64,000 bases of DNA from Octopus vulgaris (taxonomy: Eukaryota): assembly GCA_951406725.2 (NCBI GenBank), contig OX597814.1, positions 108,004,001-108,068,000 of the forward strand, read 5' to 3'. Positions 40,396 to 51,881 of the stretch are shown here, piece by piece (within the stretch, counting starts at the first letter, position 1; each line of letters begins with the position of its first letter). A program made the translations under genes and the position numbers. The notes beneath the pieces were generated by a model. It made no database searches. It was not told the DNA's origin and saw only the letters and a list, made by a program, of their open reading frames with translations.

Positions 40396-40932
40396 TAGGG
40401 GTCACCAAACAACAGCCCGTGGGCCGGATCCAGCTCATGAGGTCAGTTCATCCGGCCCACTGCTGCACTGTACCTTTTGTGCAAATACCTGCAATGAAAG
40501 TTCATTTTCCTCTAGCATGGTACCAGTGTTTGCAACAACTTATGTCTGTGAGCAAACATTTTCAAAAATGAAGAATGTGAAGTCAGTCAACCTCGTTCGA
40601 TGTGCTGACGAACATTTGAAAGCAATTCTCTTGGTTCATCATCATCATCATTTAACGTCCCGCCGCCTTCAAAACAAATATCTTAAAAGCTAAACACCAG
40701 TTTCACAAATCTCACTTTTAGGCTGCGAGATTCAGACATGTGCACACTGGGTCTGATATAACTAATTTTTGCTAATGTCATCTTCTTTGATAACATTTTG
40801 GTAAATAAATATGTTGGTTCTTTATTTTTTTTGTGTATTGACTGTACTGTAATTGAACAAAATGGTTATGTGGCCCACATCCATCATTCTCTGTTAATTG
40901 GCCCCCTGTGAAAAAATGTTTGGTGACCCTTG
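40396..40932 (+). mobile_element. Non-autonomous hAT (Buster/Charlie-type) with a transposase C-terminal remnant
   Basis: TIRs (T)AGGGGTCACCAAAC / GTTTGGTGACCCTTG. CTCTAAAT flanks both sides (nnnTAnnn; one extra base on the left). Peptide FATTYVCEQTFSKMKNVKS..DEHLKAIL resembles the hAT dimerisation domain. Confidence 0.85.
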
Positions 40933-41666
40933 CTCTAAATCATCATCAATTAACTGGCGTAGCTTGTCAGTTAGATAGGATTTGACAAACCAGAGAGCAG
41001 CACCAGGTTCCAATTATCTGTTTTGGTATGGTCGCTATGGCTGGATGCCCTTCTTCATACCATCCACTTTACAGAGTAGATTGGGTGCTTTTTACATGGC
41101 ACCATCCCCTTTTCATGTTACCCGTTCTCTTGGCTTAATTTCTACTTGTCTCCTATCCTCAGGCTCCGCCACAAAACCTCAGCACCACCATTTTTATCTC
41201 TTTCAGAATGTGAAGTGCCGTGGAGTTCCTCCAAAACAAGAAACAACCTCTTCAGTTGAAGTTCGTTCTCCCTCACTTGTAACTCTTCGTTGTCTAGCAT
41301 AAAGCTACCTCCCTCTTTAATGCACAGCCTCTCTCAGTTTAAAGGGGATCTAAATCTTGCAGGTCACATGACAACGTCAACAGTGTTGGTGCCACACATA
41401 AAAAGCACCCAGTACATATGCTGTCAAGTGGCTGGCATTAAGAAGGGCATCCAGTTGTGGAAACCCTGCCAAATTAGGTGCGGGCATGGCTGTGTGGTAA
41501 GAAGCTTGCTTCCCAACCATGGGGTTTTGAGTTCAGTTTCACTGCATGGCACCTTGGGCAAGTGTCTTCTACTCAGTCCGTGGGGCCAACCAAAGTCTTG
41601 TGAGTGAATTTGCTGACAAAGGAAAGTCGTAAGTAGATGTGGAGGTAACGAGTGTCAAGTACTTAC

Positions 41667-41771
41667 TTGTGCTGGCATGGCAACAGCACCATACTAGCTT
41701 GTTTATCACAGCAGAGCGTGCAAGATCCCTCCAACAGAGTCTTCTTCTGTAAGAGAGCCATCTTTCTGTAT
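41667..41771 (-). CDS. RSPRY1: RSPRY1 exon (N-half of RING finger)
   Basis: 105 nt, aattccag|A...AA|gtaagt. Translates YRKMALLQKKTLLEGSCTLCCDKQASMVLLPCQH(K), with CxxC and PCxH RING ligands. Confidence 0.95.
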
Positions 41772-43105
41772 CTGGAATTGATAGAAATAGCATGAAAATA
41801 GGAAAGAGAGAGCGCGGTGGGGAGGTACAGGGATGGAAAGGTGATGTGTCAGGGGGCAGAAAATTAGAGGGTTTGTACATAGGTGGAAGTGCATGTGTGT
41901 GTACTGATAATCATTTATAATGTCTGTTTTCCCTGCTGGCATGGGTTGGACAGAGAGTTACACCAGGCTGCATTTGTCTGTTTTGGCAGGGTTTCTACAG
42001 ATGGATGCCCTTCCTGATGCCAACCACTTTACAGAGTGTACCTGGTGTGTTTTATGTGGAAGCAGCATCCATGAGCTCACAAGACAAGGACCTCTTACTA
42101 TTGAGGAGATAACTTGGCCGTTACCAGTGGTCACTGCCATTTGAATGGCTCCCATGCTGGTGGCATGTAAAAAGCACCATTCAAGCATGGTTAATGCCAG
42201 TACCACCTGGCTGGCCATTGTGCTGGTGGCATGTAAAGAGCACCCACTACACTGCTGAGTGGTTGGTGTTAGAAAAGGCATCCAGCTGTAGAAACCTTGC
42301 CAGATCAGACTAGAGTCTGGTGCAGCCTTCTGGCTTGCCAGTCCTCAGTCAAACCTTTCAACCCATGCCAGCATGGAAAGCGGACGTTAAATGATGATGC
42401 TGATGATCAGTCAAAGTAGGAGAGGAAGATGGGAGAGACTTAGAGAGAGAGATAGTCAGAGTGCACTGGATGCTGTTTTCGTGCCACTAGCACCAATGAA
42501 GATACCTTACAGCTTGCAACACTGTGAACCCTAAATGTGAAAGGGGTGGGGTACAGGCTTGGGTAAAGTAAGAGGACCAGCACTGAAAAGGTTTTTTCTG
42601 TAGAGGGGCAACAAGTTAGTAGCATTTTAGAAAGGAAGGTGGGTCGGTGGAGCTGGAAAGTGATATAAAGGGTGACAAAGTGTCCGAGTTGACCTTTAAG
42701 GTATGAGGCGGGGCAGAGGGGCAAGAGTGTATGTGGGGGAGGGGAAGCAGGGGATGTCTGATAATATGGGAGTAGCAGAATAGGAATGATGGTGATACAG
42801 TAAAGAGGAAGATGAGAGAGAGAGGGGGTGACATGCTGCTGGGTCAGGTTGCATGAGTGGGTGGGGGAAGAGAGAGATGCAAAAGAAGTGTATGGTAAGG
42901 GTGAGGTATATGGTGGGGGGTGGGATGATCACTGACAGTGTGGTTGGAGAGAATGGTATTAATGAATGACGGAAGGGTAAATAAGTGAAGTGGTAACGGA
43001 TGAGGATGGCAAATTGTAAAAAAAAAAAACAAAGACCTAAACGATGATAATGGAGAAAATCCCATTTTATAATTCCAATCTAAACACAAAAAAAAACTCA
43101 ATTTA

Positions 43106-43294
<189 letters not shown>

Positions 43295-44087
43295 TTAGGC
43301 CTTTTCAAAAATTTCAGTTCCATTTGGTTTTAACATGGTGAATAAATTGGTACCAGTTGTACTTATTGGGGATGGAAATGGTATATAGCTCTAAAAACTA
43401 TCGTATATAGGTGTGGCAGTGTGGTAGGAGGTTTGCTTCCCAACCACATGGTCCAGGGTTCAGTCCTGCTGCATGGCACCTTGGGCAAGTGTTTATTACT
43501 GTAGCTTCAGACTCACCAAAACCTTGGGAGTAGATTTGGTAGACGGAAACTGAAAGAAGCCCGTCACACATGTGTGTTTTTGTTTGTTCCCCACCACAGC
43601 TGGGGCTTTGAAGAATTTTTAGTTGAAGGAATCGACCTCAGGATTAATCTTTGATTACAGTCTGGTACATATTCACTCGGTCTCTTTTGCTGATGTAATG
43701 GGGATGTAAACAGACCACTGTTCGTTATGAAACTGTGGAGTGAGACACACACGACTGGCTTCTTTTGGTTCCCATCTAGCAGATTCACTCACAAGGGTTT
43801 TGGTCGGTCTGAGGCTATAATAAGACACTTGCCCTAGGTGCCATGCAGTGGAGCTGAACCTGGAACTATGTGGTTGGGAAGCAAACGTTTTACCACACAG
43901 CCATATCTGTGCCTAAATACATAACATTTCTGTGACATTGGTCTCTTTAATTTCATCTGACATTTGCTGTTTCTTAATTCTTTTGGCCAATTGAAAGAAA
44001 GAGAGAAAAAGAAACAAGATTCCAATCGTTTTTAATTATGGTTAATTTGTTAAGACTGTCAAATATATTTAGTGTTGAAATACTTAC

Positions 44088-44190
44088 TTAGCATGAGTGA
44101 AGAGTTCCTTGTTAGGCGGAAGGCTGTTACCATTTAGTAGAAACACTAACTGTTGTTTGTCAACCTCCAACAGAAGACCAAGGACATCTC
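44088..44190 (-). CDS. RSPRY1: RSPRY1 exon (SPRY domain)
   Basis: 103 nt, tttgtttatag|GA...AA|gtaagt. Translates (G)DVLGLLLEVDKQQLVFLLNGNSLPPNKELFTHA(K); phase fits both neighbouring exons. Confidence 0.95.
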
Positions 44191-45355
44191 CTATAAACAA
44201 ACAAACAAACAAACATAAAAGGCAGAGAAACATCAGGAAAACAAATTACAGGGAATGGATGCAAAACAATTGTTAGGCTGAGCCGGAACGAACGTGTGCT
44301 TTATTTGATTGACTCCTTAGGAAGGGCAACCAGCTGTAGAAACTGCCAGATCAAGATTGGAGCCTGGTGCAGCCATCTGGTTCGCCAGTCCTCAGTCAAA
44401 ATCTTCCAACTCATGCTAGCATGGAAAGCGGACGTTAATCAACGATGATGATGATGATTTATGAAGTTCACTTTTATTAGTTTCAGCTTAAAAACTGCAG
44501 CCATGCTGGAGCGCTGCCACTAAGTTTGATACAGTTTCACTGCTTGAAACCACCTCTGATATGTGGCATTTGGTGAACGAAGGTGTTTCATGTTGCTGCC
44601 CTCATCTCCATTTCCTTTTGACAGGAGGAGATCCAGTTCTGTTTTGAAGACACTTACATCCACTCCATGCAGGGCTTTGAGGATGAATATTGAAGAGCTG
44701 TGGGCTCTTGAAAACCTGTTACAGTATCTGGTCCCTCTATCCTGATGGCAATGTTGGGGTCATTTGCACTGTCCCTGCTCTTAACATTCATGCTGGCTGG
44801 GAGTTGGATGGAATTTGTGTGAGGCAGATTTTCTATAATTGGATGCTCTTCCGGTTGCCAATCCCCACTTGTTTGCAGGCTGGGGCATATTTCCCCTATT
44901 CATGTTTTCAAAGGTATTTGGAAATGAATGACACTGCCTGTACATGATGGTGACAATCCTTTACAACTAAACTATTAGGATGTCAAGACAAGAAACGCAC
45001 ACACACTCAGATTCTTTTATTTGTTTCAGTCATTTGACTGCGGCCATGCTGGAGCACCACCTTTAGCAAATCGACCCCAGGACTTATTCTTTGTAAGCCT
45101 GGTACTTATTCTATTGATCTCTTTTGGCGAACCACTAAGTTATGGGGATGTAAACACACCAGCATCGGTTGTCAAGTGATGTTGGGGGGACAAACACAGA
45201 CACACACATATATATCATCATCATTGTTTAACGTCTGCTTTCCATGCTAGCATGGGTTGGACAATTTGATTGAGGTCTGGCGAACCAGATGACTGCACCA
45301 GGCTCCAATCTGATCTGGCAGAGTTTCTACAGCTGGATGCCCTTCCTAACGCCAA

Positions 45356-45359
<4 letters not shown>

Positions 45360-45426
<67 letters not shown>

Positions 45427-45429
45427 CTA

Positions 45430-45476
<47 letters not shown>

Positions 45477-45509
45477 ATATATATATCTATATATATATCT
45501 ATATATATA

Positions 45510-45581
<72 letters not shown>

Positions 45582-45592
45582 TACACACACAC
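45360..45592. repeat. Compound (CT)n(AT)n(AC)n microsatellite
   Basis: Directly visible; explains the spurious ORFs 45270..45659 and 45289..45840. Confidence 0.95.
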
Positions 45593-46545
45593 AATGGGCT
45601 TCTTTCAGTTTCCGCCTACCAAATCCACTTATAAGGCTTTGGTTGGCCCGAGGCTATAGTAGAAGACACTTGGCCAAGGTGCCACGCAGTGGGACTGAAC
45701 CTGAAACCATGTGGTTAGTAAGCAAGCTTCTTACCACACAGCCACTCCTGTTCTTATATCAGATGCAAGCCTGTTTCTTTTCTTGTCAAGTTACATATAC
45801 AAACAGTTTAATGTTAAACAGAAGCTGCATCTGTTTGTGATGGAATAATAACAGGTTTCAAATTTTGGCACAAGGCCAGCATTTTTTGGGGGGTTGGGGT
45901 TGGGGCGCTGGCGTTAGTTGACTACATTGCCCTCGGTGTTCAGCTGATACTTAATCTATCAACCCCCACCGAAAGGATGAAAGGCAAAGTTGCTCTAGGT
46001 GGAATTTGAACTCTCAGACAGACGAAATGCTGCTAAGCATCTTGTCTGGAATGCTAATGATTCTGCCAGCCTTGTAGAATTATGAATGAAGCAGCAGCAA
46101 GTTTAAGAATGGAAACAAAAAAAAAAAAAAAACATACGTTAGATCTTTTTCTACATTAGTAAGAATGACAGCTTGTTGGCAGGGGCAGGGTGGAGTGGGA
46201 GGTGGGCAAAATGGATGGCTGAGTGCCAAGTGGGTGTTTTTTATTTTCTTTTCCTTTTCACTCCTCCCCCTCCCCACGTTCGTAAGAGAGCGAAGATAAG
46301 TATGCTATTTGAATGATGGAGATGTTGATGATGCTGTTTTGTTTTCCATCATCATCAATGTTCCAATGACCATTTACCTCCCCCCCCCTGCTGGCATTAA
46401 ATGGGGGAAACATCTACAATGCCACACAATCCATTTCCATCTGTAAAAACCACCATGCTGAGATCTAACCTCACCATTTCTTAAGGTTTGACTGATAATT
46501 ATTTTCAACTGACAGCTGGAAGTAACACTAACGGCTGTTAATCAC

Positions 46546-46604
<59 letters not shown>

Positions 46605-46987
46605 CACACACACATAAATACACACACACACAGATTGGAGCAACTCCTATTTGGGAAAGTGATCCTGATGTAATGTAGAAGGGAAGTACAGGAATAACAT
46701 GTTGAGTAAGTTTTCTAAAATAGAAACATCTTTGAAGTTTGGAGAGAGAGAGTGGAGGAGGTGGTGCTCGTTAGTGGCCTACTTCATTGGGGAGAGAGTG
46801 TGTGTTTTTGGTTTCTTGGTGTCCTGCTCCATTGGTGAGCAACTGAGAGCGAGATGGGCCGAGTTGATTTTTGAGGGAAATTGCGAGAGAGAGAGTAATT
46901 GGGCGAGAGAGAGATATAGAAATCATTAAGGCTTAAATAACAATAATGGTCTTCCAACTATTTTATTAAGAGGGAAGACTGAATGAA

Positions 46988-47220
46988 GGCAGCAAGTTGG
47001 CAGAAACGTTAGCATGCTGGGTGAAATTCTTGGTGGTATTTTGTTTGCCGGTATGTTCTGAGTTCAAATTCCGCCGAGGTCGACTTTGCTTTTCATCCTT
47101 TCGGAGTCGATAAATTAAGTACCAGTTACGCACTGGGGTCGATATAATTGACTTAATCCGTTTGTCTGTCCTTGTTTGTCCCCTCTGTGTTTAGCCCCTT
47201 GTGGGCAATAAAGAAATAAG
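46988..47220 (+). mobile_element. tRNA-derived SINE family B with a Nin-like central domain, representative copy (others at 696-917, 12962-13182, 21155-21570, 55447-55660, and a cluster at 38400-39315)
   Basis: B-box GAGTTCAAATTCC; conserved GCCTTTCATCCTTTCGGGGTCGATAAA..AGTACC core; AAAGAAATAA tail. Confidence 0.85.
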
Positions 47221-48441
47221 AGGGACGGGGTGTGGGTGGAGTGTAAAAGGATCAGGAAAGGAGGTCATGTTGGCTAAAAACATTGGTTCAACTGATATTT
47301 ATTTATTTAGCACAGTCATTAGACTGTGGCCATGCTGGGGTACTGCTTAGAAAGTTTTTTAGTGGAACAAATTGACGCCAGTGCTTTTTTTCTTAAAGCC
47401 TGGTACTTATTCTATCAGTCTCTTTTGCCAAACCACTATATTACAGGGATGTAAACACACCAACACTGGTTGCCAAGCCGTGGTGGGGAACACACACATG
47501 ATGGGTTTCTTTCAGTTTCCATCTACCAAATCCACTCTCAAGGCTTTGGTCAACCCAAGGCCGAAGACACAAGCAAAAGGTCACACACAGTGGGACTGAA
47601 CCTGGAACCTTAACCACACAGGCATGCCCACCATCATATTATGCCCTCCTGTCCACGAATGGCACAAGTTGGCTGCAGTTCAGCTGAACCCTTTCAATGC
47701 CAATCCAGCCTGAGACTGCTTTGGATTCCCCACGACACAAACTTTCCGTTTTGAAAGTGATCTGAATTATAAGCTTTCACTAAAATTTCATGTAAATTTA
47801 ATCCCCAGACACCAGCTCATCATCATCATCATCATTGTTGTTGTTGTTTAATGTCCATGCTCCATGCTGGCATGGGTTAGAGAATTCAACAGGATTCTGA
47901 CGAGTTGGGAGACTGTATCATGCCCCAATGCCTGATTTGGCCTGGTTTCTATGGCTGGGATGCCCTTCCTAACAGCCCCCGCCCTCCACAGTGCACACTG
48001 GGTCAGTACACTTTGTCAGTTATGGTATCAACATTAGTCATGTCCCCAAGTAACTCAAGTGAGTTAGGGTGTAATATTGAGAGGGGATGGCTTTATTCCA
48101 GGTATGGAGAAGCTAAAGTATGAGCGACACCAAAAAGTGGTGACTTACTCTAGAGAAGATACATGGCTTTCGCAAATAGAAAGAGAGAAAAAGATGGTGT
48201 AAAGGTGTTCCCCCTTAAGGTACAAGAAGGTGAATAGAAGAGAGAAGTGGAACAGAGGGTGGGTAGGGGTGAATAATGATAGAATAGTTTTATTAAATCC
48301 TTTATTTTCAAAAATGTAACAGGATTTAGCTTAGTGATCTCCAAACTCAGTTACCTGCAGGAACCCTTGCCTAATAGTGGTTTCAGTTGAAAGAAATACT
48401 GGATGGGAAATCTTGAAGGAAAGCAAGGAGATGGTGTAGAG

Positions 48442-48686
48442 TAGTGGTTCCCAAAGTGGGTGGAACTGCCTCACTAGAGGTGACCAGGGGAGGGGGGACA
48501 CTGAAGATAATTGGGGGTGGCTATAAGCAACAAAATAACAGGTTAAGTTTTGATTGTGAAATATGGTTGTTTTGAATTTGCTTCCGAAAATGTTCTAGGT
48601 TCGTGGTGGTGAGTGGGGCATGGGGTACTAGGAATGTGGCCTGGGTACTAAGTGGGTGGCAGCCTGAAAATGTTTAGGAACCACAG
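48442..48686. mobile_element. hAT-type MITE
   Basis: TIRs TAGTGGTTCCCAAA / TTTAGGAACCACAG with a perfect 8-bp TSD GTGTAGAG. Confidence 0.85.
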
Positions 48687-48721
48687 GTGTAGAGGGTTAA
48701 AGATCAAAACAAATAGAAACT

Positions 48722-48950
48722 TAAAGTGATTGTATGTTATTTAACTTAATGTGGCAGTCCCATGAAAGGGAAGAACGCTACTGTTATTTAGCCCTAGGAA
48801 ACACAATTTCCTGTTGGACATTTCTTGTGTCCTTATGTTTTCAAAGTGGAGACAAGCCCCTCCACCCAACAAAACCTAGGGTTAAATAACAGTAGCATTC
48901 TTCCCTTTCATGGGACTGTCACATTAAATTGACAACATACTATCACTTTA
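48722..48950. repeat. Inverted repeat, ~77-bp arms (48722-48798 and 48875-48950)
   Basis: CAGTCCCATGAAAGGGAAGAA..CCCTAGG versus CCTAGGG..TTCTTCCCTTTCATGGGACTG. Confidence 0.88.
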
Positions 48951-50308
48951 TCATGCTGCTACTGCATAAATCTCTCTGAGAGATTTCGAAATGTATTATT
49001 TCTATTTTCTAATAGAAACTTCTCTCTCTTTCTTGGTCAACACCAAGAAACGTTTAGCTTCTCTCAAAGAGATTTATAACCAATTTCTCTGATCTTAGAG
49101 AAGTTCTCTGTGGATATGAACTCTTTGATAATAATTAGGATCATTTTAGGAAATTCAAAAAGGTGCATTACATGAAAATACTAACAGTAACAATATTTAT
49201 GGCTTCAAATTTTGGCACAAAGCCAGCAATTTTAAGGGGAGGAGGTAAGTCACTTACACTGATTCCAGTATATTCCAGGTACTTTATTTCATCAACCCCC
49301 AAAAGGATGAAAGGCAAAGTTGACCTCAGCAGAATTTTAACTCAGAACACAGCTTAACAAGCCTTTACTCTTTTACATAAAAGTTGGACGAAATGCCACT
49401 AAGCGTTTTGCCTGGCATGTTAATGATTCTGCCAGCTCGTAGCCTAAATAACAACAACAACAACTTTATCAAAGATACAATGTCTCATAAAATAAATATA
49501 ATCAGGAGATGATTGTTCCAACCGAGTTCAAAGATCAACTTCAAGGAAACGGTTCTCATAACTTTGAAAAACCGAGATTTTAATTTATTCCACAGATAAG
49601 CACTGCTTCGTTACTTTGCCCCCCTCTAACTTACACCCCACTGACAAAAAACAAAAAACGAAAAAGAAACCAAAAAATGCTTAAAGAAAAACTAAACAGA
49701 TACTATAATTTGAGAATGTAATTTGTAGCTGAACAGCCAAGTAGCTATGTGGGGGTCAAGATAAATATTCATGAGGTCGTGTCAAATTAAAGTAATTACA
49801 ACAGAAGTAATGAACTTAATTACAGGTCTTAAAAAGATGTAATTCAATGAAAGGCAAACAAAAATCAAGTCAGGGAATTATATATCAGAGAAATATAACA
49901 TATCAATTGATGATAAAGATATATGGATGTGTGTGTGTGTGTGTGTGGCAAAAAGTTTGCTTCCTGAATGGCTTTGGGTTCAATTCCAGTGTGTGACACC
50001 TTGGGCAAGTATCTTCTTCTAAAGCATTGGGCTGACCAAAGCCTTGTGAGCAGATTTCATAGATGGAAACTGAAAGGAACCCTTAGCTGGTGCCACATAA
50101 AATGCACTTGAGTTAGCACAATGTGAAAAGCACCCAGTACACTCTGAAGTGATTGGCATGTGGAAGGGCATCCAGCTGTAGAAACCATGCCAAAACAGGC
50201 AATTGGAGCCTAGTGCAGCTCTCCAGCCTTGCCAGTTCCTATCAAGCCATCCAACCCATGCCAACATGGAAAACTGATGATTTCTATAAATCAGCTGTTC
50301 AGATCCAG

Positions 50309-50365
50309 GGTAGTTTTGACTGAAGAGACAAAATAAGTTTGAAACACCAGAGTCTCAAAGTTACC
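50309..50365 (+). ncRNA. Type I hammerhead motif, unit 1 of a tandem repeat
   Basis: GGTAGTTTTGA-CTGAAGA-GAC(AAAATAA)GTT-T-GAAAC(ACCAGA)GTC-TCAAAGTTACC: 11-bp stem I (2 G.U pairs), intact core, GUC triplet. Confidence 0.72.
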
Positions 50366-50639
50366 TTAGGTCAGTGAATCCTGTGTGCCATGAACACTCA
50401 TCGTTCAAAGTGAGGTGGTGTTCTCCAGTGATGAAATACAATAGCAATCAGTATCATTTTATTCAAATCTACTAGAACATATTGAGAATGAATAGATATG
50501 CTGTCATTTGGATTCCTGATGCTCTGCAGGCACCCATGGATTATTATCTGGTTGGCAGACATCAGCATACCTCAACAAATCATATGCTTGCTGATTTCTA
50601 TAAATAGGAACTAGTAATCTAGTTAAATTCATTGATCTG

Positions 50640-50699
50640 GGGTAACTTTGACTGAGGAGACAGAACAAAGTCAAAACAGCATGGTGTCTCAAAGTTCCC
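50640..50699 (+). ncRNA. Type I hammerhead motif, unit 2 (G12 mutated)
   Basis: AACTTTGA-CTGAGGA-GAC(AGAACAAA)GTC-AAAAC(AGCATGGT)GTC-TCAAAGTT: perfect 8-bp stem I; GAAA changed to AAAA at a CpG. Confidence 0.68.
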
Positions 50700-51762
50700 T
50701 TACATCAATGAATCACGTGTCTTATAAAAACACGTCATGTAAAGGGACGAAGTGTCCTCTAATGATGAAATACAACAGCAGTCAACATATTCACATTCAA
50801 ATCTGCCAGAATGTATCGAGAATGAATAGATATGTTCTTGTGTGAAAGAAAACAAAAAGTAGGATAATATTTTTTTCTTTTTTGCATTGAAATATCTTCA
50901 AGTATCATTGTGTGGTTTTTAAGTGGTTCTCTTCACACTGATGTAATAATTCAAAGGTTAAGAGGGAGAATATATTAGTTTTTTTATTTTAACAAGTCTT
51001 GTGATGGCTTAGTTTTTTGACATACTGAGAAGCAAATCATTTAATGCACACACGCACAAGAGTGAGAGAGAGAGAGGGAATAGGAAAAAGAAATAAATAG
51101 GCATAGGTATGGCTGTATAGTAAGAAGCTTGCTTCCCAACTACATGGTTCTGGGTTCAGTTCCAATGTGTGGCAGCTTTGACAAGTGCCTACTTCTATGG
51201 CCTTGGGATAAACAAAGCTTGTAAGTGGATTTGGTAGACGGAAACTGAAAGAAGCCCATCACATATGCACATGTCCCATCACTGCTTGAGAAGCAGTGTT
51301 GGTGTGTTTACAGCCCCAAACTTTAGCAGTTCAGCAAAGGAGACCAATAGAACAATTACCAGGCTTGAAAAAAAAAAAGTCTTGGGGTCAATTCATTCGA
51401 CTAAAGTGCCCCAGCATGGCCACTGCCTAATGACTGGAACAAGATAAGAACATTAAAGAAAAAAGAAAATGGGATCTTTGAAAGGTGAAGTTGCTGTAGA
51501 TGTTTAAAAGCCAGCAGATATCATATATCAAAGCCACCGAGTTGCAACTGATATTAATTTCTCTTTGCATGCTCCAACAAGTAATTAGCGTAATGCTAAC
51601 ACTCAGTCGAGTGTTCACAGGTTTTATACAGACATGAGATTAGCTGAGAAGAGGGAACCAGTTGTTGTTGAAAAGTGACGGGGATTAAAGTAGGAGGAGT
51701 TTAATACGGAGTTACTTATGATAGAGCTTAGAGCTCGAGAGGAAGCGATCTAGTAAGGATTG

Positions 51763-51881
51763 GTTACCAAGTAACTACTAAAACAAAGTGTCAACTAAGA
51801 TTTTGGTATACAAAGCTTACTTTGACAGTAACTGCTTCCTCTTGCATTGGGTGGTTGTGAAGAATTAAATCGAAGGTAAGT
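51763..51881 (+). promoter_or_regulatory. RFX X-box plus splice donor: candidate promoter/5'UTR exon of the nested gene
   Basis: GTTACCAAGTAAC (51763-51775) fits the X-box consensus GTNRCC(N0-3)RGYAAC. A perfect AAG|GTAAGT donor follows at 51875/51876 in a repeat-free island. Confidence 0.5.

Larger units (their letters stand above)
50281..50834 (+). repeat. Diverged direct duplication, period ~332 bp
   Basis: Both units run from TTTCTATAAAT to GAGAATGAATAGATATG; hammerhead cores start at 50320 and 50652. Confidence 0.85.
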
